A DNA stretch of 60,344 nucleotides, filler included, from Sphacelaria rigidula (Eukaryota), in assembly GCA_964200075.2 (NCBI GenBank). It is 4 parts of 4 records of this genome, joined end to end, with 100 filler letters (N's around TTAATTAATTAA, not from the genome) between each part and the next. Parts side by side here need not be neighbours in the genome. Positions count along the whole stretch, not along the records: positions 1 to 15,012 come from CAXNAA020001940.1; 3 more parts are not named here. One strand, written 5' to 3'. Below the pieces are notes generated by a model. It did no database searches. It was given only the letters and a program-made list of their open reading frames with translations, and had not been told where the DNA came from. Below are positions 1-11,700 of this stretch, piece after piece (position 1 is the first letter of the stretch; each line of letters starts with the position of its first letter). The position numbers and the translations under genes are program-made.

Positions 1-40
1 AATGGGACTTCAACCTCATTTTATGTTTCAACCCCAAAAA

Positions 41-781
41 TTAGGATCGGCTGTTCAATGCACGCCATGCTATGGACGGTGATCGCGAATCCACAAGGAT
101 ATCTCTCGCGACCGGATCCTTGACGGTGTTGAGAAGCAAAATATACGCAAAGCGAGCTCGCTTGATGTCGTCCTGACTGACACCCAACCTTAATAGCTGT
201 GGTTTATTTAGAGGATTAACACCAAGCGGTGGGTCGCGAAATAATCCATCTCCGAAACCCCACGTGAACGCATATCGCTCTACATCACGCTTAAAAGTCG
301 TCCATCTATGACGTTTGTTACTTGTGAACTTGGCGATACCTTTTGCTTCCAACGTCCTAGAATCGACACTCATTAATAACGACGCTGGTTGTGTACTCCC
401 TCGGTTTCGTAAACTGCTGTCGACATCTAGCATACCCCCTGCACTGGGAAAACCAAGACCAGACATCATTCCTAACGATGTGCCAGGGGCATGGGTACCT
501 GCTGTGCCCCTGGGCGGTGCTCCCGCCCCCGCCCCTAGTCGACCCAATCCCAGACCGGCCGATCCAGTGAGTGTCGTGTCAGCCCCATACTCTGTCGGGG
601 CTGGTGCTTCCTGGGCTTCTAGCTGAGGCGCGTCTGCGCTCCCAGCTGTAGAAACACCCCGAGCTCGAGACGCTTCCCATTTTTGAAAGCTATGGAAGCC
701 CTCTGGTGTTATCACCAACGCCTGAGGTGGAGCCCCCAGCTCCTCCACCACACTCCGCTCTTCTCCTGTACCACTCATCAT
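41..781 (-). pseudogene. Degraded gag ORF of a Ty1/copia-like LTR retrotransposon; premature stop at 41-43, element runs off the contig start
   Basis: 246-aa ORF with a low-complexity N-terminus, then 'KFTSNKRHRWTTFKRDVERYA...AYILLLNTVKDPVARDILVDSRSPSIAWRAL', which resembles the copia Gag N-terminal/UBN2 region. The frame stays open after the TAA (FLGLKHKMRL). It lies just downstream of a candidate LTR. Confidence 0.6.
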
Positions 782-918
782 ACAGCCTTATCTAACGTAA
801 TTACTCTTCTCTTTGTTCCAATGAACACGCCGGCGTGTTTGGTAGAGTCTAGAGTTATATGGCCTGAGCACCCAACGCTCAGCCAAAAACGTAGAAGGCA
901 ATCTCGCACAGCGACCGC

Positions 919-1276
919 TGTCGAAGATGAAGTAACAGAAGCAGAAGTGTGTAGTTGTCTTTTATTGTCTCATTCAAATCAGACCGCCCATGGGTAGGAA
1001 GGCACACGCACACAAACAACACTGAACACGGTGGGGCAAGAGATGCGCAGGCGCATCTCCGTCGAGAATCCTTCTCGAGCTACGGCAAATATCTCCTGTT
1101 TCATCCCGCAGAAACATGCCGTACATTACAATATAACTCCCCGTCGTTTCCGGATCATTCGAGAACAAAAGTGAGAACAACCAACACTTTCCAGAACATT
1201 CCGAGAATCGATCCGAACCGTCGTTCTCAGTACCATTTCTGGAAATCACCAGTACCGTTTCTCATCGGTTAATACA
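919..1276 (-). mobile_element. Candidate 5' LTR (~358 bp) of the copia-like element
   Basis: On the - strand it starts TGTATTAA and ends TTCGACA (TGT...ACA), with AATAAA ~45 nt before the end (961-966). No partner LTR is in the window, and the following sequence (GCGGTCGCTGTG) is not a canonical PBS. Confidence 0.45.
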
Positions 1277-2713
1277 GCTCAGAAAAATTGAAATAGAAGA
1301 CAAAAAAAAGAAGACAAGAAAATGGACCAAAAAGAGGAAAAAGGAAAAAAAAAAAAGGAAAAGGAAGGAAACCAAACGAAGCGAAACAAAGGGAAGGAAG
1401 AGAAAAAGAATACAGTGAAGAGAAGAGAAAAGAAGAGCGGTATAGAATAGTGAGAAGGAGGGGAGAAAATAAAAGAAAAGGGAAAAGGAGAGGAACCACC
1501 GAACCTAGGCAACATTGCCCGCGTATCAAGCTAAGGGCAGGAGGCAGCAAACAGGATGCAACAGGGGTGCGAGGTTCTGTGATCCTCCTCCCCTCCCCCA
1601 CCCTCACTCCTATTCAGGTAAAAAGCGGGTCACTACTCTCTCGGTCGCTGCGATGCTGGATTTCTCGCGGGCTGCTACCGGCGTTGTTGTGCTACAGAAG
1701 GCGATCCCCCTGTGTGACGGCTCTCAACGCAGTAGCCTCTTGCTCGTGACGTAATATTACCTTGCGACTCTTTCTTTAATGTCCCTGCCCCCTTCTCAAC
1801 CCCCAGGTGCCGTTTCCCCACGTCCTCAGCGGCTGTGGTCTAGTCTTGCGAGTGTAGGATTAATCCGAGATTGGCCGTTAGTTACCTCGTGGCTCTATAC
1901 ATTGGATATATTCACTGCGAGCTTTCATTTGGGCCTTGGCGATGAAGTCTTTTTTGTCGAAGCGGTGCGTTATAGTTCACATGCTTGAGTTTTCATTACT
2001 ACAGAGAAATCTGCATTGCAGCTATAGAGGTATGTGCTCTTCTCGTCAGGCGTGCGCTCCCGAGTCTTATGGCCGGCGGGCTACAGTGGCTGCGAGGAGT
2101 CGTCTAGCTTCGACGTGTGGTACGCGAAGTTGCGAGGTGGAAAAGTGTTGTAAAGTCCAAAGTCCTGCCTCCTCAGAATATTCCTCCAGGCTCCAGATTC
2201 CTTGACTCCATCAAAAACATGACGCTTGGGTTACGGGACCAATAACGCTTGAGTTGCTGATGCCTTCGTGCGAAACGCCGAGCGCAAGTTCGTCAGTGCG
2301 TCCCCTGCTGAAGAAACCACTGCACACAATCATAGAATATCACGGCAAGAAAGTACCACAACGCAAGCGCTATGCTGCGCTTCAACGGAGAGATGCCGCC
2401 TTTAGTCAAGAAAATAACCGTTGTCAGTTACTAGTACCGATAAAAAAGAGTCACCGGGTACCGCCATCTAATAGGAATGCAAGAAAAGCGTTCCCTTGGC
2501 GTGTTATTTGATGATCCAGAACCTTCAATTTTCCGCTGCTTCCGATTTTCCCTATCGACATGGGAAGTGTGTGTTCTCCCACCCCATTTTGACTGTTAAA
2601 TCGCAACCCACAGGCGGAAAAGGTGTCGTTATGCCATCTACTTCTCGTTTCACTCTTGGTGTGCAAAGTTCATTCTTGTCGGTGGCAATGTAGGCCTCGT
2701 ATTTGGGTCATTA

Positions 2714-5700
2714 CTATAAGCCGATGGGGCGACTCCAGATCATTCCTTCACGCTTCGGAGGCTGATGACGCAGTTTCCCCACGAGACTTTTCATTGCAGC
2801 AATAGAAACACGGTTCGGAGGGGCTGGGCGAGTAGCCTCGTGTCTCCCGGTGTTTGGTCCGTCAGAGGTATGGCCGGTAACGGCGGCGGCAGCAAGGGTG
2901 TGGGACGCGGCAGCGCGGAACGCACGACGGGCAGAAACAGCCCGTCCCGATTCACGAGCGATATCGGTTGATAAACCTCGAGCGCTATCTGTAAACGCTG
3001 CTTGGCAAATGAGCTCATCGTTTTGGTTGCGGCCATTCAGAGAAGTAGCAGCATCGCAGCCGTCACCGCCGCCAGAATACCGGTCACGTCGTCGTCGTTG
3101 TTGTTGCTGTTCCCTGGTCGATACGAGGGTCACCACGGACATACGCCTTCCTGTTGCTGGAAGAGCGCGTTGATGGCTGGAGCAAGGTGTCTGTTTCCCA
3201 CTGTGGCGATCTATCAACTGTCCACTTCCTTCTTGACCCCCCGTGGAGGAATCATACACGCCGGTTCTACCGTTCACTGGCAGCGAGGGTTTCCGATGGC
3301 ATGTACTCGAGGAGGTCTTGCCACTTTCACGTGTTGTAGCCCCTGATGCTATATCCGTATCATGGTTGAGCCGGCGCACACATAGCATCGGCGGTGGTGA
3401 CTCCGCCGCTCGCGATTCTACCCGTCCGTAGCTCGATTGAGGTCGTTTTGGCAGCGCCGATATTTGTTTAGATCCTGCGCTGTCACCTCGAGGCACCACT
3501 ACGTTGTCTAGCAGAACATGACCGGCAAAGACCTCCCCGGAAACTGAAATGCCCCGCGCTCGGCGAGGATTGATGTGGACAACGCCCTTAAACCCGGCGG
3601 CGGAAGCGACTATTCCCGAGGGCCCGGGGGTGACGGAACGGACGGTGGAAGCAGTAGCGCTTGCGGGCCTTAGAGATCTTCGGGAGTATCGCTCACTTCT
3701 CTCGTGTTCATTCCCCGCCCTGGATCGGAGCAGGACGTTGCAGCTGATACCACCACTCGTAACCGCGGATGATACAGCCGTCGTTGCAGACGGGCAAAGT
3801 CCCGTTACATCAGGCTTGCCCACTTCCACAACGGAGCAGGCGACCACCGTGGGTGGGCGTCCGATCGCGGCGATGGTCGTAGGTGTAACGTTCCCATGTA
3901 TTTCTTGCATGCGAGGATCCGATTTGGGATTTCCGGGGATCGTTGCAGTTGTGACACTTTTCGAAGCTCTATTCTTGCGCGTGGGGTGTTGAAGCGCCGG
4001 TGGACGGCGGCGGTTGGCAACGGCATCCCATTGGTGCAGTGAAAATGCTGCGCGGATACCACGACCTCGACGGTGATATCCCGGGTTTGAATTATTTGAC
4101 AACTCCGATGGAACATGCGGCGCTGTGGTAGCCTGTTGCGTTGTACTTTTGCTGTGTGTCGGTAGATTATCATAACGGATGTCAGATTCCGGGCTTGAAG
4201 CACGCGAGACAAACCCAATCGCCCGTTTGTCTGAATTGCAGGCACTCCAAGCACAACCGTGTTTGCCGCCTTCTTGAAATTCCCGCTGCTGCGGCGGTTT
4301 CGTACATTCCCACGTTAACTCTGGTCGTTCGTGATCGAGACTTAATTGTCCACACCCACCGCTATAGCCGCCTTGCTGCAGCTCGGTACCACGTCGTCGA
4401 AATAGCTCTTGATCCACGCCAACCCCAGATACCATTAAGCGTATACGACTGCACTCATTATACGGTCTGCGCCAGCCGCCAACAATACCACCCTCCTCCT
4501 CCTTCTCCTCCTTCTCCTCCTTCTCCTCCCCACTCACATTCCCGCTATCCTCTGCGACGTCCGGTCTGGGACTTTTCACACCACCTTCCCCATCCTCGCC
4601 CCTATTCCAGATTCTACGGAAGGGATCAACCGCGAGCCGGCTGCTCCCTGGTCTTATCACTCCCCCGCCGATTGCCCGATCCAGCAACGCCTGCGAAGTT
4701 TCAAGAAATCTAGCTATCGACTGGGCTCGGGGAGAGTCCTCGCCCTCTGGCGGCGGGTAGATGAGTTGGAACCCCCCCATGTCGCTTGGTTTTGCCGCCG
4801 GCTCGGAACGTATTTTCTGATGTACATGGATTGTTGGGAGATGGGAGCGCCGAACGACGCAGCGGGTGGGACCAGGCTTGAACGAGATGAAGGCACGCAA
4901 TGACATACACCGAAATTAAACGCGTAGCTATGATAGCAGATTGAATATTGCAGAAACGATCGCTTCATCTGCACGACATCGGAACCCATGTCAATATTGT
5001 TTCATCGAAAAACATTTGCAGGGTAATGTGCTTTGAACCCAGGCTGGGTGTTTTCTTGAGGGTACCTCGACTAAATCATAGTGGACAAGACTGGCCACAG
5101 GTGTAGTGATGGAAACGGTTCTGGCTTGACAACTTCTACGATAGCACCCACCAAAACCAGCCTAAACCTGTCACGAACAAAATGGTCATACAGTACGGCG
5201 TCTCATGTTTGGTTTCGGCTGCATAAAGCGCCTCATATGCGCGACATTGGCGAAAACGAACCCAAACGTAGGAATTTCCAGGTGCTCCTTGTGCTCAGCT
5301 TTTTTTCAGTTCGATTCACGTGTGTATTTTGCCTTCCCAAACCAGCCATTTGTTTTTTTGGCGAGGGGGCTATTGTAGAAAGTGTCGCTTGTACTCGCGA
5401 TTGCGACCCGTCCCGTCAACGACAGGTCATTCGCACCCTACACATGGAGTCATGTGTCATAGGGAGTGCTCAACTTACAGCGTCGGGAACAGGGGTCGTC
5501 GTGAACACAGAGCCACGGAGACCTTTCCCGCCAGGGGCATACAGACGTTGCTTAGATTGAGCAGCCTCTTTTTCGCGACGTCTCCGGCTTTCTCCCGCTC
5601 GCATGTTGAGCACGCGCATTGTGTCCGAGATTACTTCTTGCTTTATCCTGTCGGGGACGAAGAGGGGGATAAATCAATGGGAAAAAAGTAAGGTTGAAAT

Positions 5701-8700
5701 ATATATACAGAAAGAGAGAGACGTATAGAGACAGAGAGAGAGAATGAGTGAAGGGTAACTGTGTGCTCATGACCACTGGTGTGTGGATACTAATGAGTAG
5801 CTTCAGCCCGTGGGTATGGCAAGCACATCAACCAAATCATCCTGATACAGTTTTTGTATCAACCCCGTCATGCTTCCGCCCTTGTGAACCTTGCGTCGGA
5901 GGATTGTCAGGCTCACCTGTGATCCAGAGGAGTGTCTCGCGCAAAGCTTGGAGAATGGTTGACCTCGAGCAGCCAAGGTCTAAGGTTGACATCGACGAGT
6001 ATGTCGTATCCCAACAACTCGAAACAGCGTCCTTGTCCACCCCTTGAATCATGTTCTCTGGCCTCACTAGTATCTAGGAATCGTGTAACGCGAGGAAAGG
6101 AAATGTGGAGTTGAAAAAAGGGTCGGGCTTCGAAGAGACTCTAACAAAATGGAGCCGACAAGGATAATGAGGAGATCAAAGGGAGAGAGGATTATGTGTC
6201 AAGAAAATTGATGGGGGTGCCATGTCATTACACTAGAGCGATTTGTTCAAGTTCGGTCAAGCATGGAAGTGCGCATACACCGACGATTTTCGTATTGCTA
6301 GGGAGATATTGTCGTCGGCTAGACATGTCTTTGAGGCGAGGGTTTTCCACATTGAAATGCCGCTGAAGTGTTCTGCTTTACCGTCATATGATGAAACATT
6401 ACAACTTTGATGTCAGACATCGTTTCTGCAGCAGGGTACGGCCCCGAGCCCCCCGAACGAATCCGGTCAAATGTTAAATGACAGTAGCACAGGCAATACT
6501 GATGGGAGTTGAGGAGCGACGTGTTGCCGTCGCCGTAGAAATCTGGACGACAGCACTATGTGTGCCTCCATATTTTTAGTACATATAACGCTCGTACAGG
6601 GTACACTGCCATATGTAGAGCATACTTGCTCCGGCTAAACCAAGTTACTTGAAGAAAGTGTAGGGTCCAGTATAGGGTGGGTGTTCCGATTGAAAAAATG
6701 GCCGACACCCCATCTTCCGCATGTCGTCCATAGTGTACTGAACCAACCTGCTAGATTGCCGCGATACGGAGGTCAAGTGTTCGATCGTCATGTATCCCCT
6801 TTCAAGCTTGTTTGAATTTGCTTAATAAAAAAATTGGAAGATACGGGGTAAGGCAGATTGTCAGTGAAGCCGGTATGGAAAACACTCGCGGTTTTCGTCC
6901 CTAGCAATTCTACTTGTATTATTTAAAATGTTACCTCGAAGGTGTTGAATGTTCTTATCAGATGCACGGCATTGTTTCCCCCGTATGAGGTAGGCTTGCC
7001 CACTTGTACCGCGCACCAGGTCGCTTCCTAAACTATGTACAGCGGTAGATATCGCACCCGGGGTAATGCATGTGAACTAGACGCTGCATTCGCATGGTAT
7101 CCCGTTGCCCAACTATTTTCAGCGATACATTTCAATCTGCACCCTTTTCGGTGATGTGGACATTGAGTAGGTAACCCAAAACCTACTTCAGCACCTGGTA
7201 CAGATTTTCAAACAAGCACCTCAATGGCCACGTGCACCCTTTTTTCACCTACAACGACGAGTGTTTGTACTCCGTAGCCTAGGGCAGGACAGTGTCAAGA
7301 TTGCTCATTTTTCAGTCTGTACCTCTAGTCTCGCCGACGAAACACGACCTGTACGCTAGGGCCAACGCGGGCTGCGCGGAAGCCAGCGTCTTTACCACAA
7401 TGTTCGCTACCCCACGCCAGAGCGCCCGCGCATCCCGCCCCTCTTCCTCGAGCCATCTAAAAAACCACTGCAGACTGCGCTTGCTTCCCCCTTCATCCCT
7501 CCGTTTCCCGTCCGAACCCTCCGGCGAGTTCTTCGCCTCTGCTTGTAGTCGGTCATCTTGCCCTCCCCGTGCCTCCGAGTTATTCGCGGAGGCGGCAGCA
7601 TCATCGGAGGTGGCAACGGCCGCGTCATCTCCATGCTTTGCTTCTTCACGGGCGCTGGTTCCACACGCTGTCCGTTTTCCACGGTCGTTCCTGTCAGCAG
7701 GTACCCGACCGTCCTTCGATACGAGTTTGGTGGGGTTCGATGTCGGTTGCTCTTCTGCCGGCAGGCTGTGCTCACCCTGACTGAACACTCCCACGGACTC
7801 CTTGTCTGTCGGGGAGCACTGGCTAGTTGCCTTCGTGGCAATGGTTCCTATCTCCTCTTTGAAGAGGGTCTCCCCCCCCCGGGGGGGGACGTATTTATCG
7901 CTGTCTTTGTTGATCGCGTAGTTGGTCAGATGCATACGAGTATTGCGCTGTGCGTTTAATCGGAAGCAGTAAGGGCGGATGAGGCAGCGGCGACTGTTTC
8001 GTCAGCTTTTTTCGTATCTGGAATATGCAAAATGGTTGGACTTCCTTCTTTCGTTCTATCAAGCAGATGTTCCCGCCTGAGGGACCCGAAACATTTTCCC
8101 GGACTCACCGAGATACGGAGGTCTTTTTTTTTCCGAGTTCATTTCGACCAACACCGTGAAACTGTCGACGACAGTTCTGCCGTTGGGAAAACCTTGCGGA
8201 GATTTATTGCGTGAGAAGCAATTCACTACAGTTTGAGCGGTGTTTGGATGACGGTATGCCTGCCGCCTTTTTCGTCTCGTCATACCCATTATGATACAGC
8301 GCGAACGAGGCAAGAAAAAAAGCGATATACTCGAGCCGTAGACAAGACCCCCATGGATTGGTTATGTCTTCTTTCTCACCAGGTTTTTCTCTCGCGGGGC
8401 CCGGTACTTGTGCGTGCACAGACGAACGAGCCCCCCCCTATGCATCATGATCGTCAGAGGATCGCACGATACCACCAGCACATAGATGCGGAGGTCGAAC
8501 TTGAAGCCGTCGATCAACAGCGGATTGCTCACGTAGGCTTGGGCGACGGTACCCTCCTGAGGCACATAGCATTTGATTCAGTTGTTGAGACGAACGGACC
8601 CGGGACGGCGGACTACTCGGGAGGATTTGCATTTTGTTTTACCTTTACTGTACCGCTGTAGGTGAGGTTTCAGGATGGGTTGGGTTGGGTCATAGTCGCG

Positions 8701-11700
8701 AGCACCTGCATCCAGCAAAAGTCGTCAGCAAATGTGCTAATCTCAGAACGTGGAGTGTTACGTGTGGGCATCCTCGTCCCGGTTAGATGCGCATTGTGGG
8801 GCATCCCAGGTCCAGATGGGCATATCGACTGGGTGTTACATCGCAGATGGACGTCCGAGACGGATGCCCCAGGTGGAGGCACCAAATGGACATCAATATC
8901 CCAGATGGATTTTTGATCGGGAATGAGAATCCGGAGAATTAAAATCTTCGTATCCACACCAAATCTTCAAAATATAGTTCCATTTCTCCACTTTCTGGTA
9001 GCTATTAACAACTACTACAAGTCATACTAATTTGAATTTCGATAACTGGAATGTTGGGGTCCTAGGTGAATAAAAAATTAGGGAATTATGGTGATGCGAT
9101 CGGACGGATGCCAAAAATGGTTTTTCACCTAGAACCCCAACATTTTGTTTATCGAAATCCAAATTTGCATGGCGTGTAGTGATCGTCAATAGCTACCAGC
9201 AAGTGAAGGAATGGAACCATATTTAGAAGATTTGATGTGGATACGAAGATTTTAATTCTCATTCCCAATTAGCAATCCATCCCCAATTTGTAAAATCACG
9301 TGTTAGGTGGACATGCTAGGCGGATGGGCTGTACAGACGGGCATCCCAGATGGATATCTCAGATGGATATCCTAGGTTGGTATCCATATGCTAGATGGAG
9401 CTTGCACGATAATAGTATAGGTCCCCCACACGCCGTCGCTACCTACTGTACACTCCTTTAATCCTACCGGTTGTGTTGAATGAGAACATTTTCGTGAGAT
9501 TGAGAGTAGAACGCTGATTGAGAGTGGTTTCATCATTCGCTATAACTTAGCCATTTTTTCATTCCATGTGTGCTTTTCTTCGCCTCCATCGCTAGCGTGT
9601 GCTCACAGCTACACGTCGATATTCTACTCAGGGACATCGAGGACCTCCGTGACGAGCTGCTACAGAAAGCATATTGGGCGTCGTGGAGGGGCATTTCGGA
9701 ACAGAAACGATTCATTCACTAATTGACCGCTTTTCACTCTCAATCGTATCCCCTACTCTAAATCTCACGAAAACGTCGTTTGATGCGTCCAGACATTCAT
9801 GTCAGTACATGGCGGCAACGTTTAAAACCGAGCTTTATGGAAGACAACACCTCCGACTGCTGAACCGTGCTGGAGTTGTAGAACTACTCCAACTTGTGTG
9901 CTGGCGTGGAACTGACCCCACAACTATAACACTCACCCCCCCAACTCTGGCAGCCCCTTTCCAGGTGCTCGTGAGGAAAATCCCCTTTCCTTGACAGCTC
10001 CCAACCGGCTTGACAATGTAGTATGGACGGCCCCGCTTCTTTTTCTTGCGGCAAGTTCCTCCGGGGTTCGACGAGACTTTCCGAGTGATGATCTCTGCCT
10101 GAGTTTATGTGGTTCGGAGGATTCTGCTCATAACTATTTTGAAAGTGATCTCGAATTTCTGGTGTCGTTTATACGATGTGCTTGTGCCCCCCCCCCCCCC
10201 ACCCTCCCCTGAGCGGTGAGACACCCATGAGGCAGTGTGTAAGTCGTAGCTGTCTCTGGAAGTGGCGATACCACAAAATGAAGCAGCCCATTGGATGCTG
10301 ATATCCAAATGCAAGATAATTAGTACGCTTCGGACCGAACAATCTTAGCAGGACGCAGCTCACCCTTCATGCGACTTGCCCAACACTTCACGGCGCTTCG
10401 CGCTTGGTGATTGGTTGCGAGCCTGGTCCGGCGGAAACCCGGCGTTCTCCGTCCCGGCTTTATAGGGATGTGAGGTCAATGGTCTTGTGACTATGGCATG
10501 CAAGATCATGAGTACACCCCCTGAGCGCTGTCTGAAGTGTACAGCTAAAATGAGTGTAACGTTTTCATCCGGGCAAGGCCCCCCCCGTACTGATATGAAC
10601 GTTGACTTTAGCGCAACAACGGCAGGACGCCCATTTACAGCTTGGTATCGCCGTCAGCTAAATAATCCTGGGGCGGATATCAACCGTTGAAGATCTAGAG
10701 CTTCACACGAAAGCTACACCTGTCAGGACAATAGTCATGGAGCTTCATGGCCAGTATAATGGAAAACATAAAGAGTACAACACATGTCGCAAATGCGCAT
10801 ACTCGGAGAGCTCTCGCCATTCAAGCCCGGCACATACGTCTACATGCGTAGAGGTAAGTCCACGGGGGCTTTAACATCCTGGCCGTTAGAGCCCCGTGGG
10901 CAAATGACTTGCTTATAGAGTATCGATGCTACTGCGTAGCCCTACTTTACACGTATTTCAGAGGACATTGGTCCACAAAGGGTTAATACGGTGTTCCGCT
11001 CCAACCCGGGTTTTCGTAGGACTCTCGGAGTATATTTTCATGACGAATGCGCTCCCACCGTTCTGACCTTACTCGCACGGCACCAACCCCTTTTCAACAA
11101 GTGAACCGGTTATGCTTTTTTTTATTTTATGAACAGGCACCACCGTGGCTGGTGTATTGCGGGGGACTACGGTTGGTCGGGGCTCGCCATCGCCTCTTCT
11201 GACAAGTATGCCCGGAGAAAATCCGGGGAGCATATTTCGATAAACCGTGTAGCCCTGAAGTATCGGACTAAGTTATTTTTGCCTGGCATTTTTAATGGCT
11301 CGTCGCTGGTGTAGTCAAACGGGCTCTGTTTTAGGTGAGGATACCACCAAAAAAATCGTGAAACCTCGGCGCACACGCCGGATTTATGACAACGACCAAC
11401 CAGGAAGATTAAAACTGGTCAACGTCAAAACCAACATATTCTCTGCCAAACGTAATTAATGGTCGAAACAAGTTTGCATCCGACTCCAACACCATACACC
11501 CCGACTACGTCACGTGATGCAGCTACTTTTTTTATTTTATTTTTCCCGACGCCTGGCCCCATGCCTTTTCGCCTACCTTGAACTCCGCAAGGTCAGAAGG
11601 CAGAACCCATGTCCGAGGGAAAAAGTTGTAGTCCGCTGGAAACTCTCGCTGCGCACCAGGATAGCATAGGGACGCGGGTAGAAGTGTTACACATATACAC

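Noticed and set aside
1269..1607. F/L/S-rich 'membrane protein' ORFs (also 20470-20908 and 31854-32156)
   Set aside because: These are translations of low-complexity pyrimidine tracts.
2255..2300. Hammerhead-ribozyme-like CTGANGA cores (- strand here; also ~42454 and ~31637)
   Set aside because: No properly placed GAAA with stem II and closing stems could be built.
3549..4713. Long + strand ORFs overlapping the TTLL last exon (and 7292-7959)
   Set aside because: These are antisense shadows of GC-rich coding sequence with no recognisable motifs.
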